Shown piece after piece: positions 45,844 through 53,703 of a stretch of 53,703 bases of DNA (positions within the stretch are counted from its first letter, which is position 1; every line of letters starts with the position of its first letter). This DNA comes from a virus (taxonomy: Duplodnaviria; Caudoviricetes), in the IMG/VR virus record IMGVR_UViG_3300036719_001675, positions 1 through 53,703 of that record. One strand, 5' to 3'. The notes beneath the pieces were generated by a model. It had not been told where the DNA came from and searched no databases. It worked only from the letters and a program-made list of their open reading frames with translations. The translations under genes and the position numbers were made by a program.

Positions 45844-46404
45844 ATGGCTCTTAAAACATTTACTGAAGCAACACTTACATCAACTGACATAAACACTTTC
45901 TCTTCTAAAGGCGATACCTATATTGCACAAGCAAATGTTTCTGCTGGCAGTATTATCAACTGTTTCAGCAGTGTGTACCAGAACTATAAAATTGTAGTAA
46001 ATAACCTCAACGGTTCAGTAGACGCTTATTGGTGGTTTCAACTCGGATACGCTGGCGGTACTAACTGGCTTGGTGGTTTGTACTATCAAGGTGGCGCTTA
46101 TCAGGCGTATACAACAGGAGCGCTTACTGTTTGGACTAACAACAATACAGTACCGTATTTTCAAACTTGCGCTGTGAGTGTTCCATTCACAAATACAGCA
46201 GTCATTAACTTAGGTAGACCGTTTACTTCAAGCCCTACAGAATACTCGTGTCACACAACACTACATCATTCAGTTGGTGTTTATTCATGGCATCACGGTG
46301 GAAAACAAAACTCAACACAATCTTGCGATAGTATTCGTTGGGCAGTAACATCAGGAACAATGACTTCAGGAACTGTCACCGTATATGGAGTACAACAACC
46401 ATAA
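45844..46404 (+). CDS. Minor tail/receptor-binding-like protein, paralog 2
   Basis: MALKTF..DINT..CFSSVYQNYKIV..GTVTVYG. Confidence 0.7.
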   Translation: MALKTFTEATLTSTDINTFSSKGDTYIAQANVSAGSIINCFSSVYQNYKIVVNNLNGSVDAYWWFQLGYAGGTNWLGGLYYQGGAYQAYTTGALTVWTNNNTVPYFQTCAVSVPFTNTAVINLGRPFTSSPTEYSCHTTLHHSVGVYSWHHGGKQNSTQSCDSIRWAVTSGTMTSGTVTVYGVQQP

Positions 46405-46949
46405 TGCCTATTAAAACATTTCCCTCAATGGGTGTACCAGTAGTAGAAGATTGGAATACTTACGCCGCTAACCCTGCTTTGCAATATATTTCTACTACTA
46501 CTCTTAACGCTAATGTTACGACCATATCAAGTGTATTTAGCAGTACATACGATGTTTACCGTCTTGAGTGGTCAAATATGTTTAGCACAGCAACTACATA
46601 TGCACTAATATCTTTAACTGGCGGTACTGGTGTAGCACATTATGATGGTATTAGAGTCACAGAGGCTTCGGGAACAGTAACACTTAATGGTCAAAATGGC
46701 ACTGGTTATTGGGTTGGCGTAATATGTGGCAGTAGTTCTGCTAACGGTACTCATTCTTCAATGGATATGTTTTATCCAGCGTTATCTGTTCACACTTTGT
46801 ATACGCAGAGAACAACTTTTCAACTCGGTGGTGGATTCGGTGGCGGAATGAATACAAATAATGTCGGGTATACAGGGTTCACCGTCACTGGTCTCTTTGG
46901 TTCAGTTATTCAGGGTACATTACGAATTTACGGATATAGGAAAGTATAA
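46404..46949 (+). CDS. Minor tail/receptor-binding-like protein, paralog 3
   Basis: MPIKTF..DWNT..VFSSTYDVYRL..GTLRIYGYRK; start by TAATG coupling. Confidence 0.7.
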   Translation: MPIKTFPSMGVPVVEDWNTYAANPALQYISTTTLNANVTTISSVFSSTYDVYRLEWSNMFSTATTYALISLTGGTGVAHYDGIRVTEASGTVTLNGQNGTGYWVGVICGSSSANGTHSSMDMFYPALSVHTLYTQRTTFQLGGGFGGGMNTNNVGYTGFTVTGLFGSVIQGTLRIYGYRKV

Positions 46950-47125
46950 TGAGCGATTACATAGCAACAGAACACGATTACACAATAGTAGAACACAATG
47001 TTGAAACAGGCGAAACAACATCAAGGGTAATGACTCAAGAAGAAGTTGACACAATGATGCAATCATTCGCAGGTTTTACTGAAGATGTAATTGTTGAAAC
47101 AGAAGTGACAGACGAACTACCGTAA
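46949..47125 (+). CDS. Small acidic protein, possible fibre chaperone (58 aa, not in the ORF track)
   Basis: TAATG coupling; EHNVETGETTSRVMTQEE. Confidence 0.65.
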   Translation: MSDYIATEHDYTIVEHNVETGETTSRVMTQEEVDTMMQSFAGFTEDVIVETEVTDELP

Positions 47126-47203
47126 GTTATTGGTAACTCTTTTCACCACACCTAAAAACGCTTATACTAGATAGGTATATGTCTGCATGATGTGAGGTGA
47201 CCA

Positions 47204-48370
47204 ATGTTTAAGAATCTGCGCTTGCTGATTCCGTTGTGTCCTATCATTGCTATGTTCATGCACTCACCTGTTCATGCAGAAGCAAACCCAATTATTACTG
47301 AACCGACTGACTTTTGGTTTTCCTACCAAGAGCCAACACAGTTTTTGGCACAGACATATCAATCGGGCGATCTTCCGTCAGACCCACAACTCTGGTTATA
47401 CAGTGAATCGGGGGAATTAATAGTCACTAATGACGACTACACTGGTCTCCAATCAAAGATTGACTTACTTATACCTGCTGGTTCATACCGATTAAGAGCA
47501 AGCACTTGTTGTCACGAACCTGATGTGTGGCGTGACGGTGTTGTATGGAATGTACAGTACGAGTTGTCATTCAATGGGATACAAAGTGACCCAACTACTA
47601 CGACAACGACAGAAACCCCAACAACTACTACGGAATCACCAACTACTACGACCTCAACTACTACTACCACTAGCACGACAACGACCACCACTACGACTAC
47701 AGTTCCTGAAACAACTACGACCATTGAGGTGACAACATCGCTACCACCCGAAGTGCCTACGACGACGACCCTTCCAGAATTGCCTACAACAGAGCCATCA
47801 ACTACTACAGTGACGACTACTGTGGCGACGACGATTGCCCCTGTGCTTCCCCCAACCACGCAAGTGGAGACAAATACTACATCATCTTTACCGTTGCCCA
47901 GTTCAACAACCACAAGCACGGTCTTTACAACAAGCACAATTACCACAGAGCCATTGGAAAACCCTGCGACAACTGTGCCTACTACCCCGACGACTACTTC
48001 ACCACCAGCGATTGAAGATATTGGTGGAGCAACTGTTGAAGAATTAATGCAGGAATTAAGCCCTGAATCATTGGTGGAATTAACCAATGAAGAAGTATCA
48101 GCACTAATAGACAGTATTGATGATACTGAATTGACAGATGAGCAAGCAGAAGCCATTGCTGTGGCACTATCTGACGCACCTGACGATGTAAAAGAAGAGT
48201 TTGAAGCACAAGTAGATGTGTTTAGTGGGCAATTTGATTCATATGTGCCATTGAATTCTGTCGTAAGTGTGGGTCAAAGAAGAGTTGTCATTGCCGCTAC
48301 TGCTACGGCGGTAGTAATGCCAGCGGCGGCGGCATCAAGTAGCAAAAGTTCAGAAAGAAAGCGTGACTAA
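47204..48370 (+). CDS. Exported Thr/Pro-rich (mucin-like) surface protein
   Basis: Signal peptide (VHA/EA); DPQLWLY..G..NDD beta domain; long Thr tract; hydrophobic then basic C-terminus. Confidence 0.75.
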   Translation: MFKNLRLLIPLCPIIAMFMHSPVHAEANPIITEPTDFWFSYQEPTQFLAQTYQSGDLPSDPQLWLYSESGELIVTNDDYTGLQSKIDLLIPAGSYRLRASTCCHEPDVWRDGVVWNVQYELSFNGIQSDPTTTTTTETPTTTTESPTTTTSTTTTTSTTTTTTTTTVPETTTTIEVTTSLPPEVPTTTTLPELPTTEPSTTTVTTTVATTIAPVLPPTTQVETNTTSSLPLPSSTTTSTVFTTSTITTEPLENPATTVPTTPTTTSPPAIEDIGGATVEELMQELSPESLVELTNEEVSALIDSIDDTELTDEQAEAIAVALSDAPDDVKEEFEAQVDVFSGQFDSYVPLNSVVSVGQRRVVIAATATAVVMPAAAASSSKSSERKRD

Positions 48371-48552
48371 TGAATAGATTTATGAGAGAATTGGTAGGTC
48401 TAGGCTGGAGTATTGTGGGTGCAGGATTCGTGTTGATGACCGTTACAGGTTCGGTTTTCAAGACTGGTCTATTGCTCACTATCTGTGGCGTAGCGGTGCA
48501 GTTATCGGGTCTTTTGATCCCAGAAGATAAAGAAGACAAAGATGAAGAGTAA
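48370..48552 (+). CDS. Small two-TM membrane protein
   Basis: Two hydrophobic helices; coupled. Confidence 0.7.
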   Translation: MNRFMRELVGLGWSIVGAGFVLMTVTGSVFKTGLLLTICGVAVQLSGLLIPEDKEDKDEE

Positions 48553-48799
48553 ATTCACAGACATTGCAGGGCGAATTGTAGCCACATTCCTAACATCAGC
48601 ATTGAGCATTGTTGGTGGTTCGTCAGTTCTTAACGCTTTTACTGAACAAGATATTTCGGTGATTCAGTCGGCGTGTTTGGCTGGTTTAGCGGCGTGTGCT
48701 CAAGTTGTTGAACGGTTGGCACGGGCTTCATTAGATGGTAAGTTAACCAAGGAAGAGATTAACCAAGCGTTCCTACCAAGCAAAGGCGAAGAAAAATGA
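48542..48799 (+). CDS. Holin-like membrane protein
   Basis: Two TM helices, DGKLTKEEINQAF tail; precedes the endolysin. Confidence 0.65.
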   Translation: MKSKFTDIAGRIVATFLTSALSIVGGSSVLNAFTEQDISVIQSACLAGLAACAQVVERLARASLDGKLTKEEINQAFLPSKGEEK

Positions 48800-49371
48800 A
48801 AGAATATCCCGTACTCCCATTGATTATGCCTAGTGATCTTGCTGGTCAAAAGAACGGCGAAATTAACCCTGCATTGCTACGGAACATCAACGCTCCTAGT
48901 GGCAAATTGCACCATTTAGCGGCGACAGCATGGAATTGCTTACAACTGTCTGCATACTTTTCTGGTATTGAGTTGCGTCATGTTGGCGCTTATCGCCCAT
49001 TATCTGAACAAGTCAAGTTATTTAACGCCCGTTACGAATCAGCACCAACTGGTCGTACTCCACAAGTCACACGCACCTATCAGGGCAAGACATGGTATCT
49101 GAAGAAGGGTGTCGCCCCTGCTGGGACTCCTTCCACCAGTAATCACGGCTGGGGATTGGCGATTGATGTTGCCAATGCTTCAGGCAAGAGACTTGATTGG
49201 TTGCTAGGCGATGGTTTTATGACCAGTAACGCTCTCAAGTTCGGTTTCAGTTGGGAAGTCAAGTCGGGCGCTAACGCCGAAGCATGGCATATCCGCTATG
49301 TGGCAGGAGATAAGTTGCCGCAGGCGGTCACGGAAGCGTTAGCGGCGTTTCCTACAATGAACGCTAACTGA
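48796..49371 (+). CDS. Endolysin, M15 (VanY-like) zinc peptidase
   Basis: AYR, SNHGWGLAID, EAWH. Confidence 0.88.
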   Translation: MKEYPVLPLIMPSDLAGQKNGEINPALLRNINAPSGKLHHLAATAWNCLQLSAYFSGIELRHVGAYRPLSEQVKLFNARYESAPTGRTPQVTRTYQGKTWYLKKGVAPAGTPSTSNHGWGLAIDVANASGKRLDWLLGDGFMTSNALKFGFSWEVKSGANAEAWHIRYVAGDKLPQAVTEALAAFPTMNAN

Positions 49372-49378
49372 CACTCTC

Positions 49379-49570
49379 ATGTCTTCTTGGTTCGTGCCGA
49401 TTGTGGTGGCGCTGGTAGGTGGTCCGTTGATGTGGCTACTTAGTCGCTTTGATAAGCGAAACACAGAGCAACACGGGGCGAACATGAAGGTTCTAGAACG
49501 GATTGAAACTAAAGTAGAACGGGTAGACGAGAGACTATCTGACCATATTGACTGGCATTTAGATAAATAA
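49379..49570 (+). CDS. Single-TM lysis-cassette protein
   Basis: N-terminal TM helix, coiled coil, HIDWH end. Confidence 0.7.
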   Translation: MSSWFVPIVVALVGGPLMWLLSRFDKRNTEQHGANMKVLERIETKVERVDERLSDHIDWHLDK

Positions 49571-49945
49571 ATTGATGGGCGTTAGTTTCCCTTGTTGGTC
49601 ATACCAGATCACTTGACCCTCACACCATACTGCACCTAATAAAGTCTTATGGATACCGTCATAATCATCTTGCGATGGTTGAGGTTCAATCCAAGGGTGG
49701 CGATGGGCAATTCCCAATAGGCGACCATTATCCCAAGAGTGTTGTTCCGTATCCCGTAACTGTTCGGCGGATATTAAGAAATGTGCGGCGGGATCAGTGT
49801 GTTCATTTATCATTTCATACATAGAGGTAATAAAGATATATCCCTTGTACCTGTGTCCCGTAAAGGCAACAACAGTCTCTTCTAGGAACGGACCATCAAA
49901 TATCCAAAATGGTTCATTTAGAAGGTAAATAGGGCGTATAGGCAC
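49559..49945 (-). CDS. Stand-alone JAB/MPN metallopeptidase
   Basis: E...HRHP....PSQDD (JAMM motif); TATGAT 6 nt upstream of GTG on the minus strand. Confidence 0.75.
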   Translation of the reverse strand: MPIRPIYLLNEPFWIFDGPFLEETVVAFTGHRYKGYIFITSMYEMINEHTDPAAHFLISAEQLRDTEQHSWDNGRLLGIAHRHPWIEPQPSQDDYDGIHKTLLGAVWCEGQVIWYDQQGKLTPINLFI

Positions 49946-50048
49946 ACAAACATCATATGGTACTACCGAGCCTGTTAGAAACGATTTTACGCAGGTTTCC
50001 TGACCCTCTATAGTGGTGTACTATGACAATGATTTGGAGAGTAAAGAC

Positions 50049-50639
50049 ATGACCAATAGCACCAATAGCGAAGAACCAATAAAGGCAGAGATCGTATATG
50101 GTCGTATCATCAACGATGGCAGTGATGGTGGCGACATAGACATAGACAGACCAGTACCGTTACGCCATAAGATGAATGTGGGTGAGAAGACTAGGCGTGC
50201 TATGGCATTGAAGTTAGCAGGCGCTAGTTATGCCGCCATAGCAGAACAGTTAGGGTACAACGACGCTAGTGCTGCTCGTAAAGCAGTCATGCGCGGTATG
50301 AAGTCTTCCCTACAAGAAAACGCTAGCGAACTTAGAAACATTCACTATGCACGATTAGAACATATGCTTATGCTCCTATGGTCTGATGTAGTTCGTAAGG
50401 ACTTACCGTCTATGTCTGCCGCACTAGCGATCATGGATAGAATGGATAAATTATTTGGTCTCAGTGCTGCTCAATCAATAGACATCAATACATCAAAGAA
50501 CACTGTGTTCGTAGCAGAAGGCGACAAGGAGTCTTACATTAAAGCATTGCAGGAAGCAGGCGCACAGATAGCACGGCGTGTATCATCTAGTTCCCCCGAT
50601 AGTACAGAGGACATGACAGATGAAGACGAAACAGAATGA
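50049..50639 (+). CDS. terS: Terminase small subunit (HTH)
   Basis: RRAMALKLAGASYAAIAEQLGY HTH; RLE.M..LW; IMDRMDKLFGL. Confidence 0.7.
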   Translation: MTNSTNSEEPIKAEIVYGRIINDGSDGGDIDIDRPVPLRHKMNVGEKTRRAMALKLAGASYAAIAEQLGYNDASAARKAVMRGMKSSLQENASELRNIHYARLEHMLMLLWSDVVRKDLPSMSAALAIMDRMDKLFGLSAAQSIDINTSKNTVFVAEGDKESYIKALQEAGAQIARRVSSSSPDSTEDMTDEDETE

Positions 50640-50778
50640 CACTAGCGCCAATGGTTCACGGGACTCTGTACTGACTAGGGCATTACTGCACGACATAGCG
50701 CACCTACTACACCGAGTCGTACCACGAACTGATGATGAAGCACGGGCTATAGAGCAGTACATCAACGCACTACGATGA
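50620..50778 (+). CDS. Hypothetical protein (52 aa, not in the ORF track)
   Basis: GAGG SD; overlaps the terS end. Confidence 0.45.
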   Translation: MKTKQNDTSANGSRDSVLTRALLHDIAHLLHRVVPRTDDEARAIEQYINALR

Positions 50779-50942
50779 CTCCAGTACACTTGTTCGTACC
50801 CCCCCCGAGTGTTCTTCATGCAATGCACACCGAGTCGTTTACGGGTAGCCAAAGAAATATTTTAAATTTTTTGTGGATTGATGTTGTCTCTAAAATTTTT
50901 TGGTGGGATAATTGGCGGATACACGATTTCTAGGAGACACTA

Positions 50943-51254
50943 ATGCCAGTAAGTATTCAAAGAGCAGGTCGTTCAGCCGCTGATGTTATTGTCATTCCTG
51001 CTACCGATGGTCAAGTCGTAACTGGTGCTTGTGTTCTCTATGGCGGTACTTTGTGTGATTCTTCTGGTTCTGCTCAGCGTGTTCATATCCACAACGGAAC
51101 TTCTGCTTCTAGTCCTCATGTTCTTGGCTTGGGGTGCGCTGGCAATGGTCAAGCCAATGTCTACTACACAAATGGAATTGCTTGCCCTAATGGAATCTAT
51201 GTAGATGTTCTCGCTGGTACGATTACTGGTTCTATTTTCTACAGCATGGCGTAA
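50943..51254 (+). CDS. Hypothetical small beta protein, possibly virion-associated
   Basis: AGGAG SD; Gly/Val-rich. Confidence 0.7.
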   Translation: MPVSIQRAGRSAADVIVIPATDGQVVTGACVLYGGTLCDSSGSAQRVHIHNGTSASSPHVLGLGCAGNGQANVYYTNGIACPNGIYVDVLAGTITGSIFYSMA

Positions 51255-51305
51255 TACACGCATTGATCTCTAAAAGTTGGTAGTATCCGTTCTTGGAGGT
51301 AAGTC

Positions 51306-51614
51306 ATGCCCGAACGAATCTGCGAAATATGCGATAACCCCAAGTCTCCTGTTACAGTTCATGCAGGAACATTTGGCAACCCTGAAGCCTACATTGAAAC
51401 TGGTCAGTGGGAATGTAATAGGTGCTCCATTGAAATACACATTAAAGCCCGTGACCATTGGGCGACTATTGCCAACGAACTACAACAAGCATTGACCAAG
51501 AAAATAGAAGAGTGTCAATACTGGAAGTCCGTTGCCGAAAATTTGTACCGATCAATCAATCCCGAATCAGCACAAACACAGAACTACGAAGAGGTCTTCA
51601 AAGGTGGATTTTGA
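51306..51614 (+). CDS. Hypothetical zinc-finger protein
   Basis: GGAGG SD; CEIC...CNRC. Confidence 0.7.
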   Translation: MPERICEICDNPKSPVTVHAGTFGNPEAYIETGQWECNRCSIEIHIKARDHWATIANELQQALTKKIEECQYWKSVAENLYRSINPESAQTQNYEEVFKGGF

Positions 51615-51777
51615 CGCTATGAAAAAAGCCATGCACAATGCACTAAGTGTCTACAAGGCTCAAGTGGAAACTGAAGAAAAGGCGGGGATTCTTCCTTGTA
51701 GCGAAGCAACTCCGCAACCAGTTATCCATTCGTCGTGGGAAGACATAGTTTTATGGCTTAAGCAGGACTCAGAATGA
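51604..51777 (+). CDS. Hypothetical protein (start uncertain)
   Basis: 3' part of listed ORF 51532..51777. Confidence 0.5.
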   Translation: MDFDAMKKAMHNALSVYKAQVETEEKAGILPCSEATPQPVIHSSWEDIVLWLKQDSE

Positions 51778-51857
51778 TAGCCATTACAGGCGGTTTAACC
51801 GTCATTCTGATATTGTTTGTAGTAGTCCTCTTAATGTATTCCATTGACGACTATTAA
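51774..51857 (+). CDS. Small single-TM protein (27 aa, not in the ORF track)
   Basis: AGGA SD; ATGA coupling; hydrophobic. Confidence 0.45.
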   Translation: MIAITGGLTVILILFVVVLLMYSIDDY

Positions 51858-51919
51858 TCTGCGGTACTCGGTACTGCCGTAAGGCTGTGCGCCCGACCCG
51901 CCAAACTTAAGGGAGAGCA

Positions 51920-53002
51920 ATGAAGAAGCCTATTTCAAGAACGCCTGCACGGATACTGGTCGGGAATGTTCTAGACAGAATCAAAGAGATCAAAGATGAA
52001 TCGGTTCAGTGTGTCGTAACATCACCACCGTATTGGGGACTCAGGGACTACGGAACTGCCACATGGGAAGGTGGCGACGAAGCCTGCGAACACTCAATTT
52101 CAATGGACACTAAGTGGAATGACCCAAAGCGTGGCACGAAAGTGTTACGCCCAGAGACAGGTCATCGTGGCGGTAGTTCTAGCAATTGCCACAAGTGTGG
52201 CGCTATTCGCATTGATGACCAAATTGGATTAGAAGAAACTCCTGAAGAATACATTGAAAAAATGGTTCTTTTGTTTCGTGAAGTTCATCGGATTCTTGCC
52301 AAAGACGGTGTGCTCTGGTTGAACCTTGGTGATTCCTATGCAGGAAATAATAGTCGTGGCAGTAACGGACAACGGGCAGGCTTCTCTGGCAACAAGCGTG
52401 AACTGGTTGTTAACCGAACTGGCAATGGGCTAAAGCCTAAAGACCTCGTAGGTATCCCTTGGCGTGTTGCTTTGGCATTGCAGGCAGACGGTTGGTACTT
52501 GAGACAAGACATTATCTGGCACAAACCGAACCCTATGCCCGAATCAGTCAAAGATCGCTGTACGAAATCCCATGAGTATGTATTCATGCTTACCAAGAAT
52601 CAGCGGTATTACTTTGACTCTAAAGCAATTGAAGAACCTGCCAAGTGGGATAGGTGGGGAAAACAGACAGTTGTTAAAGAGCAACAAGGAACTGCTAAGT
52701 GGATTGGCGAAAAAACCAAAGAAGAACTGCAAGAGAAGACCACAAAGAACAGGCGTTCGGTTTGGACAATAGCCACGAAACCTTTCAAGGGTGCTCACTT
52801 CGCAGTTATGCCTGAAACGCTAGCAGAACCCTGTGTGCTCGCCTCTAGCCGTGAAAATGACATTGTGTACGACCCATTCACTGGTTCAGGTACAGTGGCA
52901 GTTGTAGCACTCAGGCACAAACGAAGGTTTATTGGCACTGAATTAAATCCAGACTATGCTCTCATTGCACAGAATAGAATTGGAAGGGTTAAATTGCTAT
53001 GA
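51920..53002 (+). CDS. DNA methyltransferase, N4-cytosine/N6-adenine, beta class
   Basis: VTSPPY before DPFTGSGT; WLNLGD, IIWHKPNPMP; Cys/His insert after SPPY. Confidence 0.93.
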   Translation: MKKPISRTPARILVGNVLDRIKEIKDESVQCVVTSPPYWGLRDYGTATWEGGDEACEHSISMDTKWNDPKRGTKVLRPETGHRGGSSSNCHKCGAIRIDDQIGLEETPEEYIEKMVLLFREVHRILAKDGVLWLNLGDSYAGNNSRGSNGQRAGFSGNKRELVVNRTGNGLKPKDLVGIPWRVALALQADGWYLRQDIIWHKPNPMPESVKDRCTKSHEYVFMLTKNQRYYFDSKAIEEPAKWDRWGKQTVVKEQQGTAKWIGEKTKEELQEKTTKNRRSVWTIATKPFKGAHFAVMPETLAEPCVLASSRENDIVYDPFTGSGTVAVVALRHKRRFIGTELNPDYALIAQNRIGRVKLL

Positions 53003-53703
53003 GCCTTGTTATGGGAAGATTACCTCAAGACGATGATGAACTTTGGTGGTACATCAAAACGGTCTGGGGTATTGATATCCCTAGAGTAAGGGTCTGTAAA
53101 AACCATGTAGCCCCATTTGAGGCACTAGCAGACGCTTACTTTGCTAGACACCCTGTCAGTATTTGGAAAGCCTCGCGTGGTTTCGGTGGTAAGTCAACAC
53201 TTACTGGCGTTCTATGTGCAATTGAAGCGGCAACTCTTGGCGCTCAAGTAACCGTTCTAGGTGGTTCTGCTGCTCAGTCTCAGCGTGTACACCAAGTAAC
53301 CCATGAACTTTGGTATAGCCCTCTTGCACCAAAAGGTCTACTTGCTGGCGACCCGACTAAATTCAGCACAACATTAACTAATGGTGCATGGATCGTTGCT
53401 CTTATGGCTTCGCAAAAATCTGTTCGTGGTCCTCACCCTCAACGATTAAGGCTTGATGAAGTTGACGAAATGGACTTGGAATTATTTGAAGCGGCACAAG
53501 GTCAACCAATGGACTCACGGGGACTCTTGGCACAGACAGTTGTTTCAAGTACGCACCAATACCCAGACGGAACTATGACCGAACTATTGCGTAGAGGCAA
53601 TGATAAAGGTTGGGGGCTTTTTGAATGGTGCTGGCGTGAGTCAGTAGGAACAGCAGAACACCCTGGCTGGCTCACAATGGAAAATGTTGAGCGTAAAAAA
53701 ATG
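52999..53703 (+). CDS. terL: Terminase large subunit, N-terminal ATPase part (missed by the ORF track; joins 267..944)
   Basis: MSLVMGRLPQ...KASRGFGGKST Walker A...VRGPHPQRLRLDEVD Walker B; open to the window end. Confidence 0.9.
   Translation, partial: MSLVMGRLPQDDDELWWYIKTVWGIDIPRVRVCKNHVAPFEALADAYFARHPVSIWKASRGFGGKSTLTGVLCAIEAATLGAQVTVLGGSAAQSQRVHQVTHELWYSPLAPKGLLAGDPTKFSTTLTNGAWIVALMASQKSVRGPHPQRLRLDEVDEMDLELFEAAQGQPMDSRGLLAQTVVSSTHQYPDGTMTELLRRGNDKGWGLFEWCWRESVGTAEHPGWLTMENVERKKM
53438..53703. repeat. Terminal direct repeat, copy 2
   Basis: Matches 1-266 with 4 substitutions. Confidence 0.95.

Noticed and set aside
45257-46949. Diversity-generating retroelement acting on the tail paralogs
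   Set aside because: No reverse transcriptase and no near-identical template/variable repeat pair seen
47512-48156. Val-rich 214-aa minus-strand ORF
   Set aside because: Antisense shadow of the ACN Thr codon tract
53438-53703. Biological direct terminal repeat
   Set aside because: It falls mid-terL and the frame runs through it, as expected for an assembly overlap

Overview
The window is an essentially complete, circularly permuted dsDNA tailed-phage genome with siphovirus-type tail genes. Bases 1-266 repeat at 53438-53703 inside the large terminase gene, giving a unit length of about 53,437 bp. Two WhiB regulators, a DnaE polymerase, RecA and leaderless-type promoters point to an actinobacterial host; a freshwater low-GC lineage is plausible but is inference. 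No integrase, repressor, tRNA or CRISPR array was seen. Modules in order: terL and phosphoesterase; primase-helicase plus a repeat-rich putative origin; an early region (MoxR AAA+/vWA pair and small genes) built from repeated hairpin+CCAACCC+SD cassettes; replication/recombination; a ParB-DUF4417/ureohydrolase/histone-H1-like trio; head; tail; lysis; JAB protein, terS and a DNA methyltransferase. The most striking feature is in the head module, where four otherwise largely unrelated proteins carry five copies of the peptide K-GD[YF]xGHPFRGNQ[WH], each after a hydrophobic-x-Lys putative maturation site. These proteins carry a MuF-fused ADP-ribosyltransferase-like domain, an intact type IB topoisomerase and small conserved modules. 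One of them begins with a mimic of the major capsid N-terminus, and the prohead protease appears split between two genes. This suggests a tag-based system that packages, processes and ejects protein cargo. All family assignments come from motif recognition by eye; no database search was run.
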